Shown: piece after piece, positions 46,908-55,652 of the stretch
Layout of the letters: every line of letters begins with the position of its first letter
How positions within the stretch are numbered: the first letter of the stretch is position 1
DNA from: Deltaproteobacteria bacterium UBA6601
GTDB lineage: Bacteria; Myxococcota_A; UBA796; UBA9615
Assembly (NCBI GenBank): GCA_002433485.1
Contig: DJIF01000150.1
Span: forward strand, 30,259 to 94,258
Reading direction: 5' to 3'
DNA: 64,000 bases
Program-made: the position numbers and the translations under genes
The notes under the pieces: generated by a model
Told to the model about the DNA's origin: nothing
The model's database searches: none
Seen by the model: the letters and a program-made list of their open reading frames with translations, nothing else

Positions 46908-47660
46908 GTGGACGACATCGTTAAAGCTCGCCTTGCCGCTACCGTCGTCCTGTACCGGCCGGATCAAAGCTCGCGCTGTGGCTTCCATGTTTTCATGGTA
47001 CGTCGCAGCCTAAAGAGTCGCTTTATGCCCGGCGCATACGTCTTCCCAGGTGGCGCCGTCGATGCCGCAGACCGCGGGCCTGTGGCGGCTCTTAGAGTGG
47101 CTCTTGATGAACAGGTAGTCAGCCAGCGGTTTCGCCAGCAACTCGATGTGACCACGGCGCTGGCCCTTCTCCATGCGGGCTTGCGTGAGCTGGCAGAGGA
47201 AACTGGTCTGCTTCTGCCAAATGGCCAGGGCATTACTCCCTTCGCTCACTGGATTACGCCGCGATCGGAGCCGCGTCGCTTTGACACGTGGTTTCTTGCT
47301 GCTCCGCTTCCTGATGGCGCGGTTCCCAGCCACGATGACCATGAAGTTCATGATTCTCGCTGGGTTGATCCGGGTCGCGTTATCGATGACTACGGCGATG
47401 GCGACATCCTGCTCGCACCACCAACCTTTCACACCCTTTGGGATCTCAGCCGCTTTGGTTCGCTGGACCGTTTCCTTGAGGATGCCTCGCAGCGTGCCGT
47501 CTATCCGGTGCAGCCACAGATGGTGAGGCAGGATGGGCGACTGTGTTTCCTGCTCCCCGGTGATCGTGAACACCCAGTCCGTCAGGGGATGCCTGGGCCT
47601 ACTCGCATTGTTGGGGGGCCGAATGGCGGCTGGCTCCTGCAGGAGCAGCGTGCTGGTTGA
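46908..47660 (+). CDS. NUDIX hydrolase (NUDT19-like)
   Basis: FMPGAYVFPGG, RELAEETG Nudix box, HWITP..EPRRFDTWF, LAPPT. Confidence 0.9.
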   Translation: MDDIVKARLAATVVLYRPDQSSRCGFHVFMVRRSLKSRFMPGAYVFPGGAVDAADRGPVAALRVALDEQVVSQRFRQQLDVTTALALLHAGLRELAEETGLLLPNGQGITPFAHWITPRSEPRRFDTWFLAAPLPDGAVPSHDDHEVHDSRWVDPGRVIDDYGDGDILLAPPTFHTLWDLSRFGSLDRFLEDASQRAVYPVQPQMVRQDGRLCFLLPGDREHPVRQGMPGPTRIVGGPNGGWLLQEQRAG

Positions 47661-47752
47661 GCAGCTCGACGTAGCTGGCCGCCCTTAGGTACATTGCTGG
47701 TTAGCGAGTAGGGAGCTTCTTTTAGCGCTCCGACGATGGAGGCTTATTGGCC

Positions 47753-48292
47753 ATGTCAGAGTCTCTAGCCGATGTGACCATAATGGATCTGAGCGGAACC
47801 AGCGTCGCGCTGGCTTCGCTCTGGGCCCATCGACCTGCTGTGATCACCTTCCTGCGGCACTACGGATGAATATTCTGTCGTGAGCAGGTTGCTCAAATGG
47901 CGCGACATGCGGCTGGCTTTGAAGGACTCGGTGCCAGCTTGATGGCGGTCGGCTGTGGGTCAGTGCAGATGGCCCAGAGCTTTCAGCGCGAGCTTGATGT
48001 TCAGATCCCCCTGTACACCGATCCTTCCCGCCGGAGCTATGCGTTGCTCGGCTTCAAGCGCAAAGTGCTTATCTTCGGTCCGAAGATATTCAACCGAGGA
48101 CGCCGGGCCTGGTCGGCGGGGTTCCGGCAGGGCCCGGTCGCCGGGGACGCCTGGCAGCAGGGCGGAGAGCTTGTCGCTGTCCCCGGCGACCAACTGCTCT
48201 ATGTGCGGCCCAGCAATGGCCCGGGAGACCACGCTCCGGTTGATGCTCTGAAGGAGGTTTTAGTGTCCTTCAATCAAGGGACTCCTCAGTGA
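47753..48292 (+). CDS. Selenocysteine-containing peroxiredoxin-like protein (AhpC/TSA-like, PRXL2/SelU-like), UxxC motif
   Basis: ATG 47753 reads MSESLADV...LWAHRPAVITFLRHYG-TGA-IFCREQ and continues in frame into the 47897-48292 ORF (YTDPSR..Y, QQGGE). The TGA sits at the first Cys position of the family CxxC. Confidence 0.88.
47876..47907 (+). promoter_or_regulatory. Candidate bacterial SECIS element
   Basis: TGAGCA-GGT-TGCTCA upper stem with G-initiated loop, plus TGTCG/CGACA lower stem; the loop begins 18 nt after the TGA. Confidence 0.68.
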
Positions 48293-48296
48293 CTGG

Positions 48297-49190
48297 GTGC
48301 GCGTTCACTATCGTGGCCTGGTCAAGGAACCTGGTCAGGTGAGGGAAGTTGCACTGCTGGCGACTTGCCTGTCGCTCGTGTGCTGTGGGCCTCAGAATAC
48401 GGCATCCTCTGGCGAGCTGAGCGTTCTCACCTACAACGTGCATGGCCTTCCCTCCTCAGTTACCGGCGATGATACCGCCGGGAGGATGGCGCAGATTGCT
48501 CCGCTGCTAGGGAGTTTTGATGTGGTGGGTCTGCAGGAAGACTTCGTGGACAGCAACGCCGCCATCCTGGAATTGGCTGCTGTCCATTCCAACCGCCTGC
48601 GGTTTGCTGACCTGTTGGACAGCGACCGCGTGTATGGCTCAGGCCTTGCTTTGTGGACCAATTATGAGCTCCTGGAGGAGCGCGCCCAGCATTTCGGTAG
48701 CTGCCACGGGCTGCTCGACGGATCTGCCGATTGCTTTGCGTCGAAGGGTTTTCAAGCCACCCGACAGCGGCTGGCGCCAGGGGTAGAAGTCGACTTCTAC
48801 AATACCCATCTGGAGGCTGGCGGTGGCCCTGAAGATCAGGCTGCCCGGGCCCAACAAGTGCAGATGCTAGTGGATGCCTTGACCGGCTTCTCTGCGAATC
48901 ATCCAGTGGTTTTTACCGGAGATTTTAACCTTCATAGTAGCGATCCTGAAGATAGTGATCAGTTGGCTCGCCTACGATCTGAAGGTGGCCTTACTGATAG
49001 CTGTGAAGACACCCTCTGTTCTGAGCCCGATCGAATCGACAGGATCTTCTTCAGGAGCAGCGAAACGCTGCAATTGGAGGCGCTTTCCTGGCAGCAGGAG
49101 TTGGCCTTTTTTGACCCTCAGGGCACAGCACTCTCTGATCACGATGCCTTATCTGCCCGCCTGGCCTGGCGCTTCTTGGCAGGCCGTTGA
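48297..49190 (+). CDS. Endonuclease/exonuclease/phosphatase (sphingomyelinase-like) family secreted protein
   Basis: TYNVHGLP, GLQED, GSGL, SKGF, NTHL, GDFN, IDRIF, LSDHD. Confidence 0.88.
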   Translation: MRVHYRGLVKEPGQVREVALLATCLSLVCCGPQNTASSGELSVLTYNVHGLPSSVTGDDTAGRMAQIAPLLGSFDVVGLQEDFVDSNAAILELAAVHSNRLRFADLLDSDRVYGSGLALWTNYELLEERAQHFGSCHGLLDGSADCFASKGFQATRQRLAPGVEVDFYNTHLEAGGGPEDQAARAQQVQMLVDALTGFSANHPVVFTGDFNLHSSDPEDSDQLARLRSEGGLTDSCEDTLCSEPDRIDRIFFRSSETLQLEALSWQQELAFFDPQGTALSDHDALSARLAWRFLAGR

Positions 49191-49254
49191 TGCCCGAACA
49201 GTTGCCGTTTTGATGCCACCTGGTTTGAGTCCGCACAGGCTGTGATCTGATTAC

Positions 49255-50394
49255 TCACGGCCCGGACTCTGACGCATTGAAGAACAGGAAGTGAGTGGGT
49301 GGCAGTAGAAAGCTGAGCAGCTCAGTATCGCTGGCTTCGCAGCTCGCAGGATCCAGTCGCAGAATGCCATGCTCTGCGGCAGGATTTGCGGCAGAGGGGG
49401 TAAGGCCCGCCCAGATCTGCTCGGTTGGGCTCACGCCAAGATGCCACAGGTTCTGAGAGAGGCCCGCAGGTCCATCAATGAGTAGATCCTGGCTGCGGTT
49501 TAGACAGTGCAGGGAAGAACTCTCGGGGCTGCTGGCGTGGGACCAGCTACTGGCTATCAGGTAATCGCCGACCGCGACGAAGTCGCTCAGATCGCCGCCC
49601 AGCTCAATGTCCCTGAGCAGGGACGGCCCGAACTCGCCGGAGTTTAGATTCAGACTGCGGATCCGTCCGTCAAGTTGGTAGAAATCCCCTTCCTTAACCA
49701 GCAGGTGGTCGGGGTTACGGGGGTCTATCACGATCTTGGGATTCGGTCCGGTGCTCCACTGTTCGGTCAGCTCGCCGCTCTCACAATCGAACTCAATAAT
49801 GAGTCCTTGCGGGTCGGAGCGGAGGCTATGCAGATCAAAACGTTCCAGCGCGACCAGCAGGCGGTCACCCCTTTGAATCAGCGTTGAAGGTTCGCAGCTG
49901 TTGTCGCTGCCTTCATCAAAAGAGTGTAGATCGACGCGCTGCTTGATCTCGCCACTCTCCGGATCCATGGCAATGAGTTCAGAGCGGTTGTATAGGCTGA
50001 GCCAGAGCAGCCCTCCGCAACTGCTCAGGGCATGGGGGTTAGCGCCGGCCTGCAGGGCGACCTCGAGGTCCGGCAGGTCGCTGAAGTCGGCGTTGGGGTA
50101 GCGACGAACTACGTCTTCGCCGCTTCTCGACAGCACAAAAAGATCGTTACCAGCCTGTTGCAGGATCAGGTCGCCGTTGGGAAAGGTCGCTAGATTCTGC
50201 TGGACCGTGCCACTGGGAAGCTCGACTCGCCCGATCACGCTGTCTGCGTAGTCGCTTGCAATGACGTAGGCACCGGGGCCGTTGAGCTGAGCGCCCGGTT
50301 CAGGTTGTTGGCTTACGTCGCTGGAACAGGAGTAAAGCAGCACCATTGCAGCCGCTACCAGGCCCAAGTTCAGGAGGGAAACTGCGGCTTGCAT
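49255..50394 (-). CDS. Beta-propeller (YncE-like) surface lipoprotein, partner of TonB-dependent receptor
   Basis: Lipobox-like LYSC; SDY, ANPH and GPNP blade-like motifs; 9 bp downstream of the receptor. Confidence 0.6.
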   Translation of the reverse strand: MQAAVSLLNLGLVAAAMVLLYSCSSDVSQQPEPGAQLNGPGAYVIASDYADSVIGRVELPSGTVQQNLATFPNGDLILQQAGNDLFVLSRSGEDVVRRYPNADFSDLPDLEVALQAGANPHALSSCGGLLWLSLYNRSELIAMDPESGEIKQRVDLHSFDEGSDNSCEPSTLIQRGDRLLVALERFDLHSLRSDPQGLIIEFDCESGELTEQWSTGPNPKIVIDPRNPDHLLVKEGDFYQLDGRIRSLNLNSGEFGPSLLRDIELGGDLSDFVAVGDYLIASSWSHASSPESSSLHCLNRSQDLLIDGPAGLSQNLWHLGVSPTEQIWAGLTPSAANPAAEHGILRLDPASCEASDTELLSFLLPPTHFLFFNASESGP

Positions 50395-50403
50395 GCTGCG
50401 AGG

Positions 50404-52761
50404 CTACCGTGCTTGCGGGCTGGATGCAGCGGTCGCGCTGCGCCAGCCGACCCGAAACAGCAGGCTTCGCCCTGCAAGCGGTTGGCCCCGGAAGTCCTCA
50501 ATGCGCCGGGTTATGGTTGGACTGGTTTGAGGATGGGAAGGGTCCTGTAGGCCCTGCCAGGTGGTGGCATTGGTCAGATTGTTCAGGTGCAGACTGATCC
50601 AGGGGAGCTGTGCGTCGGGCTCAAGCCGGATGTTGAGGCTATGGATGTTACGAGGCGCCTGGGCAAACAGATTGCTTGGGCTGTCGTAGCTGCCCGAGCT
50701 GTGACTTAGCTGCCAGCTCAGGCCCAACCACTCCAGGGGCCGAATTTGCAGACTCAGCTGAAGGTCCCAACGCGGTATGTAGGGGACCTGCCGGTTCATA
50801 TAAGCGGTCTCACCGGCTGTGACTCGAGCATCGGTCCAGCATAAGGCTGCGCCTACTTGCAGGCGGTCTGCCAGCTTGAGCTGCACTGTGGTTTCGATAC
50901 CTGCACTGCGAGTGGCGCCAAAGTTGACTGGTATGGCGAGCCTTTGGCTGTTGGCTCGCAACACAATGGCATCCTCGCTGTTGACCAGAAAGCCCCCGAT
51001 TTCGGCGAGCAGGGTGAGCTGCGAGGTTGGCCGGCCGCGCAGGCGTACACCAGCATCGACACTTGCTGAGCGCTCGGGACGCAGGGCAGTGTTGCCCAGG
51101 ATTCCGCCGCGGTCACCGAACAGCTCGATAAAGGAAGGAGCGCGCAGCCCCCGGCCCACAGAGGTCCGCAGGATCAATCCCTCTTTGGGTTCCAGTGATA
51201 GGGCAAAGCGTGGCAGAAAGTCGATTGCCTGCTGGTCTTCGCTGGCCGAGGGCCGTAAGTCTGCGAAGGGCAGCCCACCGAGCACTTGATTGTTGAGGAT
51301 GCTGAGCTCTGTCACGCCCAACATCTTGAGGCGTCCTCCCAACAGACTTGCCGCTGCACTCAGCGAGAGTCGGGCCGCGGCGCGCTGGCGTGGGGATGAC
51401 GGGGACAGCGCGCCGATACGCTCGCTGCGCTGATTGCTCTCGACCAGCAACTGCACTGCCGGGAGCAGCTGTAAGGCGGATAGTGCCTGCCAGCGTGCCC
51501 TGGCGCCAAGATCCAGGTGGTGGCTGTGGTCTTGCCGGTCGGTCGCACCCACCACGATCTCGCCCAGCAGGTCGCTGAAGCGGGCGTTGCGATGCCGATG
51601 GCCAAGGTTGAAGTTCAGCTCTAAACGGTGATGGGCTCGAATCCTGCCGCGCAGTGCCGTGAGTATACTCACGGCTTCCGACTCGGCTTGCTCTGTACTG
51701 CCCTGCCCAGAGCCTGGCTCGCCACTTCGGTGCCAGTGTAGGAGCTCTTGAAGTGACAGGGTGAGCGGGCCACGTTGGAGGCGCATGCTGCCGTTCAGAT
51801 CGAACTGTCGGTGCCGGTTGTTAGCGCGGCGCCGCAGCAGGTCGTCTTCGGTGGTGCTGTAGGTTCCGCCGTCGTCAAAATAAGGAGCATCGCCGTTGCT
51901 CCCGAGGAAGCCCATCCGCAACGTGCCACTGAGCAGGCCGCCTTGCCGTAGGCGGTTGGAAGCGCTGATTCGAGAAAAAAATTCGCTGTGGCCGAAAGAG
52001 CCCAGGGCGGCGCGAAATTCGGTGCTTCTTGCAGGGCCAGGGTCACTGATAAGGTGAATGACGCCGCCTATGGGTGCGCCGCCAAGCTCAGGTGGTGAGA
52101 AGCCGCGCCAGATCTCGACCCGGTCGTAGTTAGCGGTTGGAAATTCGCTTAGATCGACCGCTGCGCTGCCAAATGGATTGAGCGGGCTGCCGTCTACCCA
52201 GATCTCAACCTGTTGTGCACTGGAGCCACGGATACCGACCCAGCTGGGGTCCCCCGCCGCACCGAGTCGACGTACTTGAAGTCCGGGGACCTGCTCCAGA
52301 ACAGCGGCGAGATCAGATCCTTGCGCAGCGTTCCCGAGATCGATGGAGAACATCGCCGCCGGTTGGTCAAAGTGGCTTGGCTCAGATGCCTGGCGGAGGC
52401 CTTTTACCTGCAGCTGGGTGTCTATCTCGCGAGGAACGTCTGCCGACTTATCTCGTGCGGTGGCCGCGGCAGGCTCTGGCTCCTTGTTTTGTTCAGCAGT
52501 AACCTCAGCGGAGTTCGATGGCCTGGTCGGAGTTCTTTTCTGCTCTGTCTCTGTCTTCGAACTTGGTTGTTCTCTGCTCTCGTCCCGCTCTGGTTCCTGG
52601 TCGTCTTCAGCGTCTGGCTCGACTTCTTCATCGGCAGCTGCAATTCCTCCAGCACTACAGGGCCAGGCAGCTGCAGTGATGGTGCACAGCAGGCTCAGTG
52701 CGCAGGCCCAGCGGGCGGCGCGCCCGGCGATGATCACCGTGCTTCGGCGGCTCGAGTTCAT
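50404..52761 (-). CDS. TonB-dependent outer-membrane receptor (BtuB-like)
   Basis: Plug LEQVPGLQVRR..IRGSS..QVEIWVDG..RVEIWRG; RAPSFIELFG, GNTALRPE, NNLTN, GRSLLFRVGW; start placed at MNSS (52761). Confidence 0.9.
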   Translation of the reverse strand: MNSSRRSTVIIAGRAARWACALSLLCTITAAAWPCSAGGIAAADEEVEPDAEDDQEPERDESREQPSSKTETEQKRTPTRPSNSAEVTAEQNKEPEPAAATARDKSADVPREIDTQLQVKGLRQASEPSHFDQPAAMFSIDLGNAAQGSDLAAVLEQVPGLQVRRLGAAGDPSWVGIRGSSAQQVEIWVDGSPLNPFGSAAVDLSEFPTANYDRVEIWRGFSPPELGGAPIGGVIHLISDPGPARSTEFRAALGSFGHSEFFSRISASNRLRQGGLLSGTLRMGFLGSNGDAPYFDDGGTYSTTEDDLLRRRANNRHRQFDLNGSMRLQRGPLTLSLQELLHWHRSGEPGSGQGSTEQAESEAVSILTALRGRIRAHHRLELNFNLGHRHRNARFSDLLGEIVVGATDRQDHSHHLDLGARARWQALSALQLLPAVQLLVESNQRSERIGALSPSSPRQRAAARLSLSAAASLLGGRLKMLGVTELSILNNQVLGGLPFADLRPSASEDQQAIDFLPRFALSLEPKEGLILRTSVGRGLRAPSFIELFGDRGGILGNTALRPERSASVDAGVRLRGRPTSQLTLLAEIGGFLVNSEDAIVLRANSQRLAIPVNFGATRSAGIETTVQLKLADRLQVGAALCWTDARVTAGETAYMNRQVPYIPRWDLQLSLQIRPLEWLGLSWQLSHSSGSYDSPSNLFAQAPRNIHSLNIRLEPDAQLPWISLHLNNLTNATTWQGLQDPSHPQTSPTITRRIEDFRGQPLAGRSLLFRVGWRSATAASSPQAR

Positions 52762-52840
52762 GGCGATCGAGTACGCCCGTTGCGGCCTCGTGTCAACGAG
52801 ATCCCTCGACCCTCTGTGCGGCTCGGAGTAGGCTCCGGCC

Positions 52841-53845
52841 GTGGTGTCCTGTGATCTACCTAGCGTTCTGCCGTGGTCCTCTGTGAGCCCGCTGGCCGGT
52901 CTGCGACCGCCGCTACTGCTCACGGCTCTCTCCGTATTGGTGTTGCTCGGCGCTTGTGAGCATGGCGCAACCGGCAGTTATGGTGATGATGACGATGACA
53001 GTTCCCCACTGGTCGTCGGCGATGATGACGACAGTCCCAACGACGACGATGACACTGGCGAGTCGGGGCTGCCCTGTAATGGTCATGTCGAACTGTGCGC
53101 ACGGCGCTTTGATCAGGTTGCGCTTCCCGCCACCCACAACTCGATGTCGAACCGGGAGGATGGTTGGTGGGTGCCCAATCAGAACCTGCCCATCGTTCGT
53201 CAACTCGAAGATGGCATTCGCGGCCTGATGCTTGATACCTATTACTGGAATGACGATCTCTATCTTTGTCACTCCAGTTGCCTTCTCGGCAGCAAACATC
53301 TGGTTGAAGCGTTGGTGGAGATTCGAGAGTTTCTTGCCGGTAATCCCCGAGAAGTTCTGGTCATCATCTTTCAAGATGGCATCTCTGCAGAGGATACCGC
53401 CGGTGCCTTTGAAGCAGCTGATCTGGGCGCCTACCTGCACGGACAGCTTGAGGGGCAAACCTGGCCTACCTTGGGGGAGATGATCGACAGCGGCAGGCGG
53501 CTGGTTGTAGGGGCCGAAAGCAGCGGACCGCCGCCATCCTGGTATCACCATGCCTGGGACCTCTATTTCGATACTCCCTATTCCTTCGCTTCTGTGGAGG
53601 ATTTCAGCTGTGAGTTGCATCGCGGTCAGGAGGGCAATCCTTTGTTCCTGGTAAACCACTGGCTGAGCACACCGTTGGCGAGTGAGAGCAACGCGGCGCT
53701 CGCCAACAGTTGGAGTGTCTTGCATCAGCGGGCCATCGATTGTCACCAGGAGCAGCAGCAGATTGCCAATCTACTGGCGGTCGATTTCTATGATCAGGGT
53801 GATTTGTTTCAGGTGGTCAATGCGCTCAATGGGGTCGGCCGGTGA
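52841..53845 (+). CDS. PI-PLC X-domain-like phosphodiesterase lipoprotein
   Basis: Lipobox LGAC, Asp-rich linker, CNG...LC.RRFDQV..PATHNS, NQ, QLEDGIRGLMLD, LCH, LVNHW, AVDFY; start may be 52883. Confidence 0.82.
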   Translation: MVSCDLPSVLPWSSVSPLAGLRPPLLLTALSVLVLLGACEHGATGSYGDDDDDSSPLVVGDDDDSPNDDDDTGESGLPCNGHVELCARRFDQVALPATHNSMSNREDGWWVPNQNLPIVRQLEDGIRGLMLDTYYWNDDLYLCHSSCLLGSKHLVEALVEIREFLAGNPREVLVIIFQDGISAEDTAGAFEAADLGAYLHGQLEGQTWPTLGEMIDSGRRLVVGAESSGPPPSWYHHAWDLYFDTPYSFASVEDFSCELHRGQEGNPLFLVNHWLSTPLASESNAALANSWSVLHQRAIDCHQEQQQIANLLAVDFYDQGDLFQVVNALNGVGR

Positions 53846-54870
53846 CCGCTGTTGTTACTGGAGCGTCAGGCCATATTGGCGGGGTGCTGGTCCGGCAACT
53901 GCTGGCGCAGGGCCGCCCGGTGCGAGCTCTGGTCCACAGTGATCGGCGCGCCCTGGAGGATTTGGGCGATGGGGGCGGCTTGCTTGAGCTGGTTGCTGGA
54001 GATGTCCTGGATCGGCAGGCGATGCAGCGGCTTTGTGAAGGAGCCAGCGTGGTTTTTCATCTGGCGGCGGTCATCTCTATTGTTGGTGACCCCGATGGCC
54101 GGGTACGTGCCGTCAATGTGGAGGGCGTGCGCAACGTTGCGGAAGCAGCTCTGGCTGCCGGCGTCGAGCGCATGGTCCATGTGAGCTCCATTCACGCCTT
54201 TGACATCAATTCAGGAGCTTCCTTTATTGATGAGAACAGCGGCAGAGTTGGGGCGGACGCGCCCGCCTACGATCGCTCTAAGGCCGCTGGAGAGGTCGCT
54301 CTTCGGGAGGTCATAGAACAGGGCCTTGATGCGGTGGTCGTCAATCCCGGAGGGGTGCTGGGGCCCTTTGATTTTGTTCCGTCCAGAATGGGCACATTCT
54401 TCTCCCAGTTGGCCCTGCGTCGGCTGCCGGCACTGGTGCCGGGTGGGTTCTCCTGGGTGGATGTGCGCGATGTGTGCGCCGCCATTCTTAGCGCCGAAGG
54501 GCAGGGGCGCCGTGGAGAGAGCTACCTGCTCTGTGGCTCTTGGCACTCTATGCAGGAGCTGGCGGATATGGCGCAACAGGTGACCGGCGTTCGAGCTCCT
54601 TCTCTCAGCGTGCCAATGTGGCTGGCCCAGCTTGGCGCACCATTTATGACCCTGTGGGCCAACCTTCGCAGCGAGGAACCGCTGTATACCAGCGAGGCCC
54701 TACATGCGGTTGTGGCCTGCCGGGATGTGCGGTCCGCTAAGGCGAGCCGAGAACTCGGCTTTAACCCGCGTCCAGTGCAGGACACAGTCAGCGATGTCTA
54801 TCGTTGCTTTGCCCACCGTGGCGTTCTCTGCCTGGCCGAACTGCAGGGTTGTGGAGCACCGCAGCTGTGA
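53842..54870 (+). CDS. NAD(P)-dependent extended SDR (dihydroflavonol reductase/HpnA/3-beta-HSD-like)
   Basis: TGASGHIG, FHLAA, HVSS, YDRSK (YxxxK), VDVRDV; GTGA overlap with the upstream stop. Confidence 0.9.
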   Translation: MTAVVTGASGHIGGVLVRQLLAQGRPVRALVHSDRRALEDLGDGGGLLELVAGDVLDRQAMQRLCEGASVVFHLAAVISIVGDPDGRVRAVNVEGVRNVAEAALAAGVERMVHVSSIHAFDINSGASFIDENSGRVGADAPAYDRSKAAGEVALREVIEQGLDAVVVNPGGVLGPFDFVPSRMGTFFSQLALRRLPALVPGGFSWVDVRDVCAAILSAEGQGRRGESYLLCGSWHSMQELADMAQQVTGVRAPSLSVPMWLAQLGAPFMTLWANLRSEEPLYTSEALHAVVACRDVRSAKASRELGFNPRPVQDTVSDVYRCFAHRGVLCLAELQGCGAPQL

Positions 54871-55625
54871 CTGAAGCGGCAGTCCATGGATTGCTGGTCT
54901 GGGCGATGTTCGCCCTTGCGGCTTTGACCTTTGCTGCCCTGTTCCTGGTGACCGCACCCTATGGGCGCCATAGCCGGGCAGGCTGGGGGCCTGAAGTTTC
55001 CGCGCGCCTCGCCTGGGTGCTCATGGAGAGCCCCGCGGTACTTGCCTTCCTGGCTGTTTTTTTGCTTGGTGCGCAGCGCTCGGCCACCGTGCCGTTGGTG
55101 CTGGCCGGACTGTGGTTGCTCCACTATCTGCAACGAACTTTTGTCTATCCGTTTCGGATTCGTTCTGCTGGCCGCAAGATGGCGCTGTCCATTGCCGCGA
55201 TGGCCTTTGTCTTCAACCTCCTCAACGCCTACATCAACGCTCGCTGGGTATCTCAGTTGGGCAGTTATGGAGTTGACTGGTTGCTGGACCCACGCTTCCT
55301 CTCGGGGGCAGCGCTCATGCTCATCGGTTGGTTAATTAATGTTCACAGCGACACCATTTTGGTGCGGCTGCGGGCCCCTGGTGAGTCTGGCTACAAGATC
55401 CCCCGTGGCGGTCTGTATCGCTGGGTCAGTTGCCCGAATTATTTTGGTGAGTTGCTGGAGTGGCTGGGCTGGGCCCTGGCGACCTGGTCCACCGCTGGGT
55501 TGGCGTTTGCTGTCTATACCGCAGCAAACCTTGTACCCCGCGCTCTGGCCCATCACCGCTGGTATCAAGAGCGCTTTGATGACTACCCTGCGGAGCGAAA
55601 GGCTGTTGTCCCCTTGGTGCTGTAA
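54867..55625 (+). CDS. Steroid 5-alpha-reductase (3-oxo-5-alpha-steroid 4-dehydrogenase) family protein
   Basis: APYGRH, WVLMESP, HYLQRTFVYPF, HSDTIL..LR, YKIPRGGLY..VSCPNYFGE..EW, NLVPRA..HH.WY; GTGA overlap. Confidence 0.92.
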   Translation: MTEAAVHGLLVWAMFALAALTFAALFLVTAPYGRHSRAGWGPEVSARLAWVLMESPAVLAFLAVFLLGAQRSATVPLVLAGLWLLHYLQRTFVYPFRIRSAGRKMALSIAAMAFVFNLLNAYINARWVSQLGSYGVDWLLDPRFLSGAALMLIGWLINVHSDTILVRLRAPGESGYKIPRGGLYRWVSCPNYFGELLEWLGWALATWSTAGLAFAVYTAANLVPRALAHHRWYQERFDDYPAERKAVVPLVL

Positions 55626-55652
55626 GGGCAAAGGGCAGCTATACTCCGCGCC

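Noticed and set aside
47897-48292. 131-aa ORF as a complete gene, or as a pseudogene remnant
   Set aside because: Lacks the active-site motif; the upstream in-frame sequence, TGA at the Cys column and hairpin favour Sec read-through.
52762-52880. Cobalamin riboswitch upstream of the TonB receptor
   Set aside because: The space is short and no B12-box or conserved core was recognisable by eye.
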